Positions 26,192 through 42,058 of a stretch of 64,000 nucleotides of DNA are shown one piece after another (within the stretch, counting starts at the first letter, position 1; each line of letters opens with the position of its first letter). The stretch spans positions 196,788,001-196,852,000 of the forward strand of contig OX597815.1 of NCBI GenBank assembly GCA_951406725.2, read 5' to 3'. Position numbers and translations under genes: made by a program. Origin of the DNA: Octopus vulgaris (Eukaryota). The notes under the pieces were generated by a model that saw nothing but the letters and a program-made list of their open reading frames with translations, made no database searches and was not told the DNA's origin.

Positions 26192-26435
26192 ACTTGTAGC
26201 ACACGCTCTTCAGGATATGCAATGGATTCTAAACAACTTCTCGCGTGCATCGAAGGTTTTTGGTCTGACCATCAGCATCAAGAAAACTGAGCTTGTCGTG
26301 ACTCTATATGTTGATGGGAAAGCATTAAAAACGGTTTCCTCTTTCACTTATCTTGATTCTGTTGTGTTCAATGTTGCTAAGATGGATAAAGAAATCGAGG
26401 CCAGAATCAGGAAGGCTAGCTCCGTGCTCGGTAAG
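26187..26435 (+). pseudogene. RTE-clade LINE reverse transcriptase fragment
   Basis: CALVAH..QDMQ..LNNFS.AS..FGLTISIKKTE...FTYL.S......DKEIEARIRKAS is typical of the RTE RT just after the catalytic motif. Confidence 0.85.
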
Positions 26436-26782
26436 CAAGAACGCAAAACATCCGGACAGCTAGGTGATACAAAAAGGGACAACAAAACATCCAGATAGAC
26501 GATACAAAGAAAACAAGGACGGTTCATGCGAAGCCTTCCATCCTCAGTCAAGCACCAGATTATCATCGCAATTTCGGCTGATTATTCTTGAGATAGCTAA
26601 AATCTAGCCAGTTCCAAGGAAAACTAAGCCAAGGGAATTAGATTCCTTTGAAGAAAGCAGCGAATGTATACAAAAACAAGGACCTAAAAAACGGACAAAG
26701 TTACACAAATATAAATGCAATAACAAATCCAATGAAAATAATAAAAATAATAATAGGATATATATACAGGTAGGATATATAA

Positions 26783-26918
26783 CGGCAAAAGAGACCGATA
26801 GAATAAGTACTGGGCTTACAAAGAATAAGTCCCGGGATCGATTTGCTCGACTAAAGGCGGTGCTTCAGCATGGCCGCAGTCAAATGACTGAAACAAGTAA
26901 AAGAGTAAAAAAAGAGTA
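26783..26918 (+). mobile_element. SINE family A, 3' fragment
   Basis: Tail similarity. Confidence 0.85.
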
Positions 26919-27754
26919 GGTACATATTCACATACACACGCATGTATTATACAAACGGTTGAGTTAGAAAATGGTGCAAATAAAAGTTGACTTAGTTTCT
27001 GATTTACCCTCCTATACGCAAGTATATATGTATGTACATAACTATCAATGTGTGTGTGAGTGTGTGTGTGTGTGTGAGTGTGTGTGTGTGTGTGTTTGTG
27101 TGTATTTATGTATGTGGTGTTTTCCCAAAATCATTGCTTTTATTTTTTTAAATCGATATTTGTACATCATGCTTGTCCTCAAACCATCTACTGAAAAACA
27201 CTATTATGAATATCCTCATCTTTATCATAATCTTCATTTTTCCCTCACCATCATCAGCATCATTGTCATTACCACATCACCTGCACTACCTTTGTTAGCA
27301 TTTGATCAGTCATGTCACCGCAGAGACGATTTAGTCTTTTCAATCACCGTTTCAGCATTCACGATTTCATTTAATATCGCATCCTTCTCCACTCCCTTTT
27401 TCTAATTAAGATACATGGATTTATAGTTTCTTTTGATTTACTTATTTTTGGATCGAATTCAAATAGATATTCTGTGTACGAAGTGTTCCCATTTCACCCA
27501 ATCAAATTGCATGCTACCATACTGTTTATTTTAATGTTTCCTTTGCTAAAAAAAATAAAAAATAAAATAAAATATATATAACAGAAACAAATCACTTACA
27601 AAGTGTTGAATCTCTTTTGTTGGTGTTCAAACAAAATCAGTCTCTACATTCATGTGTATCTGTGTATACATATGTAAAAACGTACATGTAGGTGCATGCC
27701 TGCATCTAAAGACGTATATATATATATAAGTTATGTGTATCTGTCTATTTTTCC

Positions 27755-28108
<354 letters not shown>

Positions 28109-28256
28109 TCATCAACTTCTTCATTTACACTTTCATGAGATTTCAAAAGAAAAAAAAATGGAGAATGTCTGAGAGATCAAGGCAGTTTTTGTCGATTGAA
28201 TGATTCTGGAGAATTGAAGAACACAGGTTTCCACTTTGTTCTTTAACAGGCCCTTG

Positions 28257-28301
<45 letters not shown>

Positions 28302-28304
28302 ATA

Positions 28305-28335
<31 letters not shown>

Positions 28336-28421
28336 ATATATATATATATATGCGTATTTATATATGTGTGTATATATATATGTATATGTATATGTATATA
28401 TGTATATATATATATGGATAT

Positions 28422-28518
<97 letters not shown>

Positions 28519-28951
28519 AGTCTTTTCATATTTTCAGAGAATGGCGGACGACATTAATAAGAAGCTATGCAAATATCGTATATAACTTTCAGTAAAGCTT
28601 CCCAATGGATGTGTACAATAATTTCTGAATGCAAACGTGTACATAAGCATATGTCTAATTGCATACATGTGCGTATTTCTGTATGTCCACGCATGTATGT
28701 ATGTGTCTATGCAGTTTTATACATTTGTATATATGCTTGTAAGAGAAAAAATTTTACATGAATGTTGAGAAGGGAGAACGGATATATGGATCGTGGAAAG
28801 GACGGTTGGATGTTCGTATCTATTACACGTTTTTCTCCTACATATGTATATGTGTGCAGACATGCGCGCTTAACGTGGAAACTTTCACGAAAATAACGAA
28901 TATGTTACTGTGCTTACTGCCAAACACGTTCTTTCTGTTGTTAATATCGGT

Positions 28952-28984
<33 letters not shown>

Positions 28985-29049
28985 GCAGTTGTTCCTGGAT
29001 ATTCTTGTGCTTACTACTACTACTACTACTACTACTACTACACCAGCTT

Positions 29050-29084
<35 letters not shown>

Positions 29085-29399
29085 GCACCGTTTTGTTGTA
29101 TCTGTTCCAGCTGCAGCTGTTTTAAACTTTATTCTTCTTCGCTGCAACTCCAATCCACTGCTGGTTGCAGAAACTACTGCTATATATCGACTGCAGTTGC
29201 CTTGTTGCTATCAAGTGTTGCTGCTGCTGCAACTGTTGCTGCTGCTGCAACTGTTGCTTGTGATGCTGACACTGCATCAAAATTTTATTGTTGCTTTCAC
29301 TGCAGTATATATATTTTTTTTCTTTTTACTATTATTCCTAACTATTGATTTACATAAGCCTCAAAATCATATACACCCACGCAAACATGCACTTGCATA

Positions 29400-30800
<1,401 letters not shown>

Positions 30801-31490
30801 TTCTCTTTACGAATATAATATGGTGCATTCACATCTGTCAACAATTCCGGAACAAAAGGTAAAGCTGCTGTAGTTTAAGTACGTTAAACTTATCTCAGGT
30901 TTTCAGACACGAGCTGTTTTGCATGCATCTTACATGTGTTTGTAGGGGGAACTGATAATGGTGAGCGAGTATGTATGCGAGTAAAAAGAAGAAAAAACTA
31001 ATACTGTATTTTCTCTTCTCTGCCAGTTGCGAGACATGTCGTCTGCACTTTCAGTTTGGTCACGTGACGCACACTGTCGTCTGCTCAACATTGTGATATT
31101 CTCAGAAAGCTTAGTTTTTTCTGTCTGTTGTCTCTTTCACTTTCTTCTTTCTCTTTTTAGCTCGGCTCTTTCACTTTACAATTGATTTTTTTTTCAACAT
31201 TCTATTACTCTGTCCCTAAAAGATATTTTCCATCTTTGAATTCAGATTCTCGGCAAACAAAATCAAACAGAGCACAAATTCACACAAACGGGTGAACAGA
31301 GGCGCGTATACAAACACACATGAATAAATATCTTTACATACACACAGGCACAGCCACACATATATATATGAGCATCCATACGAAGGCACGTGAGAGACTA
31401 CTTGATTAAACTGCTACGCTCATGATTATAATGTTGTGAGTTCAATTCTTAAAGCGGGCGGCGCATTGTATCTTCGAATAAAATATATTA

Positions 31491-31854
31491 GGATCTTTTC
31501 ACTTTGACCGGCAGATTTTTTTAATAATTTTTTTGTAACTAAACACTTTTAAACTTCGTATACTGGTAGTGTGTTACATAAAACATATTTTTCTCTTGGC
31601 TTTCTTCAGAAAATTCTGTAGTTTGTAAGCTATTTGTTGTTTAAGTTTTTGCATTTCGGCAATTTCAACCAATCAATGACGTCTATTGCCGTATTTTCTC
31701 AACAACAGGGTATCTTTTTTCTCATAAATAACAGTGACAAATTGATATGACACAGCCAGAAAATGCTGTTGACAAAATTCAGCAGATATTGTTTAAAAGT
31801 GTTTAGTTAGAAAGAAATTATTTTAAAAATCTGCCTGTCAAAGTGAAAAGATCC
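31491..31854. mobile_element. MITE with about 62-bp TIRs and 8-bp TSD
   Basis: GGATCTTTTCACTTTGAC.GGCAGATTTTT at both ends inverted; flanks ATATATTA and ATGTATTA; nested in a decayed E/F-type SINE head (about 31380-31875). Confidence 0.85.
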
Positions 31855-32042
31855 ATGTATTATTCCACGTTACTCAAGAAAAAATACATTTCAGTGAAAT
31901 ATACGAGTATCGTTCAGTCTGCTCTAGCATTTAGGTAATCGTTGATCCGCGGGGTCAAAATCACGATGGTCTTCGAGCTGTAGTTTATGTATACTAATTT
32001 CCTAAAATGCTAATTAGCAGAAGCATTGTACTAGTTACAATG

Positions 32043-32089
<47 letters not shown>

Positions 32090-32281
32090 TAAATTAGAGA
32101 TAAAGCCACTATTAAGCAAATCAAACAGTGAAATCATAAGCCAATACATAGAAATAAAATTAATTAAAAAATATATAAAATAAAAGATATAAAAAATATT
32201 AAATTCCAAATTAAAATATTTAAATTAAAGTTAAAATTTTAAAAATTATTTAAATAATTTAAACTTATAAATTTTAAATAT

Positions 32282-32524
32282 AGATGTTTATATGCCATTT
32301 AAGAACACACAAAAGCCGTTAGTTTCCTTTCAACATTTAATTTTAATTTGTGTCAAAATATTTTCGTCGCTTTTAAACCGCGACCTGTTGGCTGACAAAA
32401 CTTCGTGCTGTCAGTGAACAGGTCGCAGTTTCAAAGCGACGAAAATATTTTGGGACAAAGTAAATTTAAATGTTGAAGTAAAATCAATAGTTCTTGTATG
32501 TTCTTAAATGGCTTACAAACATCT
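32282..32524. mobile_element. Family J fold-back element with a hammerhead-like fold in each arm
   Basis: Inverted arms 32282-32397 and 32409-32524; plus arm UGUCA-GUGAACA-G-GUCGC-loop-GCGAC-GAAA-AUAU-UU. Confidence 0.75.
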
Positions 32525-32597
32525 TCCACACTGCAATTGTTTTTGTTTCAGCACACGATCTCAGATCAAGTCACTTACTATGCAAGTACATCTTTAT

Positions 32598-33040
32598 GCC
32601 GCCGCGAGCGGTACATCATTTGTACTATGTGGAGAATATACCGCCAGCATTGCCCAAACGACTTGAACCTTAGTTTCAAGGTTCATCCAAGGCTGGGACC
32701 ACGGGCCATACGTCCCCTGCCCAATTCAGGATCACAACATATAGGTACACTGCGATACAATTTCTTTTCCTCAACAGGCGCTGCCCTGTTTAACATTGTC
32801 CCAAAACTGATCAAAGAGGAAAAGGATCCCATCACCTTTAAACGGAATCTGGACAGAATTCTTCAAGGAATACCAGATAAGCCACCCATACCGGGATACA
32901 ACTCACTCAACAAGAACTCACTACTTGAATGGACCATAAACAAAACTTGATTTTAAAAGGATTTAGATAATCCTATCAGGTGGTGCTATTAAGATAGACA
33001 TGGCCTGGACTAATCTTTGGTCGAAACAAATCTAAGTTTT
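32598..33040 (+). pseudogene. CR1-group LINE 3' end
   Basis: RRERY.I..MW.I...PN...LFN.VP......FK..LD..L..IPD.P.......NSLLEW C-terminal motif, then a 3' UTR. Confidence 0.8.
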
Positions 33041-33184
33041 ATAAAATTTAGATTCAGATGAATATGGTACGTAAGTTGAGGCATCAGAATTTAGTATGAT
33101 ATTATCAATTTAAAATAAGGTGATTATAATCAAAATAAGCAACAAGGCTATCCAGAGGTTATCTTTGTAGCTTACTTTGATTTT

Positions 33185-33261
<77 letters not shown>

Positions 33262-33764
33262 TCAGGCGTTCAACCCATTTCAGTTATATCACTCAACTTA
33301 CATTTTATGATAATGAACATTACTTCTGGCAAAAATCTTTTCTGTTTCTCCGTGTATAAATTTTGGTTCTCTGATAAAAGACACTTTGATGAAATCTCGT
33401 CTAATGAAATTAAATCTTGTACGTTGCTCACACATTGCCTGCTAATGAAGCTCAGTGTCACCATTTATGTATGATAATCAAATTTTATGTGAAATTCATT
33501 CTTAAATTTTGAAATTATCGCGACGTTTCTTTGATAGTGTCTAGTATTTGACATCAAGGTTTATTTTTCTCTTCCCTAACTAATGGCAAATTGCATACAC
33601 ACGCGCGTGAGCATACGCGATTATATAAATGTATACAAACATACATGCATACATATATACATACATACAGCGCACACACACACATATATAAAAATACATA
33701 CGTACATAGATACCTACCTACCTACATGCATACATGTATACATACATCCTTACACCGTTTACTT

Positions 33765-33935
33765 TTTACTAATTTCAGTCGTTGGACTGTGAACCCGCTT
33801 GAGGACGTCTGTAATTATATTTCAAGGACAGGTGTTTATTCTGTCTGTGTTGTGCCGAGCCGCTAATTAAAAGGGACACAGATGAAACCAACAATGATCA
33901 CACACGCACACATAACTACACACACACACACACAC

Positions 33936-34007
<72 letters not shown>

Positions 34008-34097
34008 GACGGTCTTCTCTACGGTTCCCGTCAGCCAGTTAAATCAAAAGGCATTGATCGCCCATGGTGCTGCGCTGCTGAGTTGAACCCGAATCCA
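33765..34097 (-). mobile_element. Old diverged SINE family A
   Basis: Same order of blocks around an internal (CA)n(TA)n. Confidence 0.55.
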
Positions 34098-34134
34098 AGC
34101 GGTAGCAATTCAAGCTTTCATATATATACGTGTG

Positions 34135-34184
<50 letters not shown>

Positions 34185-34224
34185 TATATACATACATACA
34201 TACATACATACATACATACATACA

Positions 34225-34257
<33 letters not shown>

Positions 34258-34258
<1 letters not shown>

Positions 34259-34612
34259 GGCGCAGACATGGCTGTGTGGTAAGTAGCTTACTTCCCACCC
34301 ACATGGTTCCGAGTTCAGTCATGCTGCATGGTACTTTTGGGAAAGTGCCTTCTACTATAGCCTCGGACAGACCAAAGCCCCGTGAGTGGATCTGGTTGAC
34401 GGAAACTGGGAGAAGCCCGTCGTGTATGTATATACATATGTGTGTCTGTCTGTGTTTGTTCCCCACGCCATCGCTTCACAAAGAGACCGATAGAATAAGT
34501 ATTAAGCTTACAAAGAATAAGTCTTGGCTCGTTTTCTTCCACTAACACTCTTTAAGGCGGTACTCCAGCTTGGCCGTAGTCAAATGACTGAAACAAGTAA
34601 AAGAATAAAGGA
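34258..34612 (+). mobile_element. SINE family A
   Basis: Head and tail present, internal deletion. Confidence 0.85.
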
Positions 34613-34623
34613 ATATATATATA

Positions 34624-35463
34624 TGAGGTCTGAGCAATAAGTATTCGTACTGTTGCCATTGTAACGAAACTAAAGCACACAGAGTGCAGCCGCTTGGAAA
34701 CGCACTATGTTCTAACGTTCTAGCTCACTTCTGCTGTTTACAGCTTCGAAACATGTGTAGGATGTGAACGTCGCATTGACCATGACAGTGAAAATTGTCA
34801 TGGCGATACCGGTTCAGAGGTCTACGCAAAGTTGCAGAAAGTGTATGGAGAGCAGTGTATGATTGGTTCAGATGTTTCCAAGATGGCCGAAAAATGTCGA
34901 TATTGACGACCGTTCTGGGAGACCTCCAATCATCAGGACTGAGAAATGCATCGCAGATGTGCGTGCAGCTTTGAACGGAAATCGTCAAATCACCCTTCGT
35001 AAGTTATCAGAGGATTTGCAGATTAGGTACAGTTCAGTTCAGTCTATTATCGCTAAAGGTTTAGGTATGAGACGCGTGTTTGTCAAGTTTGTGTCTAAAC
35101 TGCTTTCAGCTGATCAAAAACCCACTCGAGTTTCAGTTGCACAAGATCTCCTTGATTGAACGAGAATCATGAAAACTTTTTGAAAACTTTACGTAGATCT
35201 CTGAGCAGGTATCGCCAAGCTTTTGGCAAAATTTGATGCAGATTCTCTGCTCAACTTTCTCTCTCGTCTTCAATGCGACGATCACACGCAATGTACCTTA
35301 CATCTAAGCACTGTTGTAAACAACGGAGGTGAGTTGGAGCGTTAAAACTTAGTGCGCACGCACGGCATAGTTCAAGGTTAATCTTTGCCCAGTAGCTTTA
35401 CTCTGCGTACTTTAACAGTTCGTTACTATGACAACAGTCCGGATACTTATTAATCAGACCACG
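34624..35463 (+). mobile_element. mariner-derived non-autonomous transposon
   Basis: TIRs of about 65 bp flanked by TA; transposase N-terminal remnant DDRSGRP...ITLRKLSEDL...GMRRV..KFV.KLL (34810-35159). Confidence 0.9.
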
Positions 35464-35812
35464 TATATTTGTTTTTCATCATTCAGGATATCACAAACGC
35501 CATTAAGAGATATACATACTCATCGCGTGTACACATACGCACGCACGCACACACACATACACATACACACACATTCAGGCACACACGTGTAACTCGAAAT
35601 AAGCGATTTTTAGAGCATAAAAAAACAATGAACACTAATTGCAGAAGCGACTGAATACAATTACAGAGTCTAATTTTACTGAGAATGACTTCAAGATTTT
35701 TCTGAAAAATAGGCGTTCACCCATCCCTTAGCCAATGTGGATTTTTGGAATAGTACACATGCTTTATATGTGGGTTTTTGTAGGAGGCAGCGCTTGCTTT
35801 ATCGATATGATT

Positions 35813-36235
35813 TACTCTTTTACTCTTTTACTCTTTTACTTGTTTCAGTCATTTGACTGCGGCCATGCTGGAGCACCGCCTTTAGTCGAGCAAATCGACC
35901 CCGGGACTTATTCTTTGTAAGCCCAGTACTTATTCTATCGGTCTCTTTTGCCGAACCACTAATTGACGGGGACGTAAACACACCAGCATCGGTTGTCAAG
36001 CAATGCTAGAGGGACAAACACACAGATACACAAACATATACGTACACATACATACATATATATACATATATACGACAGGCTTCTTTCAGTTTCCGTCTCC
36101 CAAATCCACTCACAAGGCATTGGTCGGCCCGAGGCTATAGCAGAAGACACTTGCCCAAGATGCCACACAGTGGGACTGAACCCAGAACCATGTGGTTGGT
36201 AGGCAAGCTACTTACCACACAGCCACTCCTGCGCC
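35813..36235 (-). mobile_element. SINE family A with 7-bp TSD
   Basis: TATGATT at 35806-35812 and 36236-36242. Confidence 0.9.
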
Positions 36236-36752
36236 TATGATTGAATATACTTTTGATAGGTCTGTTGATAGGGGTATCTTTAGTTTTAAAATATTTGCTT
36301 AATAAATCTTGGGTTCACAATTATTGCAAAGTTTGACACTGGGGGAAATTACACCATCGGGATTTTATATCTATACGGACATCTCGTATCAGGATGCATG
36401 TAGAAGCATTTGTTTGAATGTCATATCATAAAAAGTACTGCTATATTTCTTATTTCTTATTTCAACGTTTATATTTTAAAATGAAGTGATGCTACAAGCC
36501 GAATTTATACGGGCGCCATGGAGGATTGTGATCGTATATGTGCAGTTCTTTTCTAGGTCCCTGTGTGACAGACAAATAGTCTGGTCATTGACTTCGTCAC
36601 AATATGATCAGGCATATGTGTCCGTATGAATATATATATATATATATACACATATATATATATATATGCGTAAATATGTACATATAGATGCGTGTATATA
36701 TATATATACATATATGTATGCAGATGCAGATGCATAAATATGTATGTATATA

Positions 36753-36946
36753 TACTCTTTTACTCTTTTACTTGTTTCAGTCATTTGACTGCGGCCATGC
36801 TGGAGCACCGCCTTTAGTCGAGCAGATCGACCCCAGGAATTATTCTTGGGAAGCCTAGTACTTATTCTATCGGGGCTCTTTTGCTGAACCGCTAAGTTAC
36901 GGGGACGTAAACACACCAGCATCGATTGTCAAGCGATGTTGGCGAG

Positions 36947-36985
<39 letters not shown>

Positions 36986-37156
36986 CATATATACGACGGG
37001 TTTCTTTCAGTTTCCGTCTAGCAAATCCACTCACAAGGCTTTGGTCGGCTTGAGGCTATAGTAGAAGACACTTGCATTTGGTGCCACGTAGTGGGACTGA
37101 ATCCAGAACCATGTGATTGGTAAGCAAGCTACTTACCACACAGCCGCTTCTGCGCC

Positions 37157-37157
<1 letters not shown>
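36753..37157 (-). mobile_element. SINE family A
   Basis: Full-length similarity. Confidence 0.9.
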
Positions 37158-37222
<65 letters not shown>

Positions 37223-37244
37223 CATACATACATACATACATACA

Positions 37245-37276
<32 letters not shown>

Positions 37277-37285
37277 CACACATAT

Positions 37286-37372
<87 letters not shown>

Positions 37373-37387
37373 ATATACATATATATG

Positions 37388-37900
37388 CAGGGTGCGATGG
37401 GTAACATTTTAGATTGTTAATTTTGCGCATGCAGATTGTTTACGGAGGAGGTAGTGCTGCCCTGGGTCAAGAGGGTGTTTGCTGGAAGACCCTATGTCTA
37501 ATAACAGGGCTCTTTACCATGTCACATAGGCAAGAGAACCCAGTTATGGCTGTCAGACAATTTCTGCAACCAAATCACCGCTAACATCTGGCCACCTAAC
37601 TTGATTATTATGTGTGGAGCGCAATTGAGTTAGAGAGCAACAAAACTTGTAACACCACAGATGAACTGAAGGCAAGGATTGTGACAGCATTCACCAACTT
37701 AAACAAGGAGACCGTCCACAAGGGTTGCTTTAGAATTTCGAAGTCGCCTTGACCCCGTGGTTGAAGCCAATGGCGATTTTACTGAATAAATTTACTCTTT
37801 AGATATTTTCATGTAAATCTTAGTAGATTTACCCCTTAAAATGAAATGTCAGTGCTGTTTTCATATTTGCGTTATTTGGACGACAATTTATTCACCGAAC
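37388..37900 (+). mobile_element. Decayed Tc1/mariner-superfamily deletion derivative
   Basis: Remnant ...NIWPPN..DYYVWSAIE...NTTDELKARI..AF.NL...EANGDFTE of a transposase C-terminus; starts CAGGGTG; ends at (TA)n. Confidence 0.65.
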
Positions 37901-37901
37901 C

Positions 37902-38256
<355 letters not shown>

Positions 38257-38266
38257 TTTTATTGCA

Positions 38267-39171
<905 letters not shown>

Positions 39172-39817
39172 CGGCATGTTTTAGCTTCCATTTCTTTTAA
39201 TTGTTCGTTATAAAGTAAATGAAATGCAAAAAATAAATAAATGAATAAATAAATAAACAAACAAACAAACAAACAAACAAACATTTGTATAGTAAAGCAT
39301 TATAGTATAGTAAAGCAAAACAGAATAGTAGCAATGTAATTTTAGCAGTACCTATCTAGTATGTGCATCTTTTAATTTATCTCTTATTTTCTTCGTGCGT
39401 GCTTCCATCCGTGTTTGAGTTTAATCGTTACACCAGTATCGCAATCTTTACTTTACATTCTATAGTACTGACACAACATTGAATGATTAATTTCGCTTCA
39501 TTCATATTATCTGAAAGCATATTCTTGCAGTGGCAGGTGTTGCCAAAAAGTGGACCGAAAACAATTTTGGTTGCTATTCATCACTCTGGATAGGCAAGTA
39601 TGATAGTGATAGGCAGTTGATGATATATTAAGGATGTAGAGATACTAAACGATGTATAATGGTTTGCATTTATTACATGAAGTTCACTTACTTTCATGAA
39701 GCAAACGTTTTCGATAAATCACTAGATTAAGTAACGCTGTTCAAAGACAGCAGTAGAATTTGACGTAAACAGCTTTCCCGCTACATATATCAGTGTGTCT
39801 ATTTCTTTATTATTGTT

Positions 39818-40031
39818 TTCAAATTTTGGCACAAGGCCAGCAACATTTATGGGAGTTGGAAGGTCGATTTCATCGACCCCCGTGTTTGACTGCTAATTAT
39901 TTATCGAACTTAAAAATAATGAAAGGCAAAGTCGAACACGGAGGAATTTGAACTGAAAGTTGAAGAGACGGAAGAAATATTGTTAAGCTTCTTTTTCCGG
40001 TGTGCTAAAAATTTCTCAGGCTCACCACCTT
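39818..40031 (-). mobile_element. Old SINE family B with the alternative tail
   Basis: ATGAAAGGCAAAGTCGA...GGAATTTGAACT core; GGCACAAG tail as at 10770. Confidence 0.7.
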
Positions 40032-40037
40032 AAAAAT

Positions 40038-40337
40038 GTAGAGGCACATGGCCTAGTGGTTAGAGCAGCGGACTCGCGGTCGTGGGATCGCGGGTTCGAA
40101 TCTCAGACTGGACGATGTTTGTGTTTATGAGCGAAAACACCTAAGCTCCACGCGACTCCGACAGGAGGTAATGGCGAACTTCAGCTGACTCTTTTGCCAC
40201 AATATTCTCTCACTCTTTCCTACTGCATCTTGCAGCTCACCTGCGACGGACCGGCGTTCCGTCAAGGTGGGGAACACATACGCCAAGGAAACCGGGAAAT
40301 CGGCCCCTTATGAGCCAGGCGTGGCTCTAGAAGGAAA
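40038..40337 (+). mobile_element. SINE family D
   Basis: tRNA(Arg)-like head shared with C; V-like GACGGACCGGCGT.CCGTC.AGG block; tail GAGAAGGAAC-like. Confidence 0.85.
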
Positions 40338-40349
40338 CGTAATTACATA

Positions 40350-40507
40350 ACGCCAGCCTCAACTGTTGCTTATTCTATTGGCCCCGAGATGAAGAATGAG
40401 AATGTTAACCTCGGTGGTATTTCAGCTCCGTATGCCATAAGTCTGAAGAAATACCACTCTAAAGACTTTTGTCCCATACGCTAACGATTCTGCCAATTCA
40501 CCGCATT
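40350..40507 (-). mobile_element. Old SINE family B remnant
   Basis: GCTAACGATTCTGCCA.TTCACCGC head and degraded core. Confidence 0.55.
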
Positions 40508-40525
40508 GCACTTCTTTTTTTAATA

Positions 40526-40907
40526 TACTCTTTTACTTGTTTCAGTCATTTAAACTGTGGCCATGCTGGAGCACCGCCTTTAGTCGAGCAGATCGACCCC
40601 AGGAATTATTCTTTGGAAGCCTAGTACTTATTCTATAGTGTCTCTTTTGCTGAACCGCTAAGTTACGGGGACGTAAACATACCAGCATCGGTTGTCAAGC
40701 GATGTTGGGAAAGGACAAAAACAGACATATACACACACATACATATACATACATATATACGACGGGTTTCTTTCAGTTTCCGTCTACCAAATCCACTCAC
40801 AAGGCTTTGGTCGGCCCGAGGCTATAGTAGAAACACTTGCCCTAGGTTCCACGCAGTGGGACTGAACCCGGAACCATGTGGTTGGTAAGCAAGCTACTCC
40901 TGCGCCT
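40526..40907 (-). mobile_element. SINE family A
   Basis: Full-length similarity. Confidence 0.9.
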
Positions 40908-40997
40908 ATATTTAGAAGATAATTTTACAAACGAAAGACGTTTCATCAGAAGGTCTCACAAATCTGTATATCCACAAATATATATATATATATATAT

Positions 40998-41152
40998 AAC
41001 GGGAAGGTTTACGAAAATAAACAAAAGACGAAGGCAGGTGGAGTACAAACAAACAAATGTATTAGTATGGCGCTCAGGAATAGAAATAGAACAAGTCTTT
41101 TACGCTTCGAGCCTACGTTCTTCGACAGAAAGATACACAGAAGAAAAAACAA
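40998..41152 (-). mobile_element. Family G hammerhead-like repeat
   Basis: Similarity to other G copies; abuts (TA)n. Confidence 0.75.
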
Positions 41153-41153
41153 G

Positions 41154-42058
41154 TGGGTCATCCCATAAATAATGCAGGGTTTTTATATACTTCTTTTATC
41201 TTTCAAATTTAAGATTTAAAAATTCTTTTTTAATCTAATATATACTATCCTTCATTTTCTACAATGCTCTTCATTCTATCTGGTAGACTTGCAATGGCTC
41301 TTTTTCAAAATATGAAAAATACTCCTCCATTATTGTTCTGACCTCATCTGCAGAATTCATATTTTTCAGTCCAAATGATTTTGAAAACTGTGGAATTACT
41401 GATAATCAGAAGGCGCAATGTCCGGCGAATATGGTGGGTGGGGCACCATATCCTATTCAAACTGTTCCAGCCTTTGGAAGTTATGCTCAGTGTATGTGGC
41501 CGAGCATTATCCTGATGGAAGAACACCTTTCAACTCGAAACCAAAGATGGTCGTGTTTCTTCTGGTTCTGGTGTCGATGAATGGTTGAATGACCAAATCC
41601 AAGTTTCTCTGCTAGGTCCTCAACAGTTACGATGGAATTTTGTACCACTAGGGTTTGCAGGACATCCTCGTCCAGCTCTACAGATCTTTGAGGACGAGAT
41701 TCGTCCTCTAGGCTGTAGTTTCCGGCTCGGAATTTCTGGAACCACTGTTGACACTGACTTACGCTTATTGTTCGACCTCCATATATTGCATTAATATTCT
41801 GCGCACTTTCCGTTGCATTGTTGCTTTTATTGAACTCATAAAGCAAAATATGCCGAATATGCTTCTTTGTCACTTCTATTATAACTCTGAAAAGTAACTG
41901 TTAAAATCGAACTACGCTCTTCAAAACTTGCACTAAGAATAAGTACAAGGTAAAATTTCTACCTGCTTTTATAGCAAGTTGGTGGAGGTAGTTTATCCCG
42001 TCCCCTTCTGACGTTAATTCCTTCAATTGAAAAAGTGCATTATTTATGGGATGACCCA
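41154..42058 (-). mobile_element. mariner transposon, internally deleted
   Basis: TIRs TGGGTCATCCCATAAATAATGCA (41154-41176, 42036-42058); HTH ORF 41873-41487; FHQDNARPH and HPPYSPDIAPSDY motifs; first catalytic Asp region missing. Confidence 0.92.

Noticed and set aside
28520-28580. Acceptor-like TCTTTTCATATTTTCAG followed by ATGGCGGACGAC ([12 protein letters not shown])
   Set aside because: Weak donor, no partner exons and no homology recognised.
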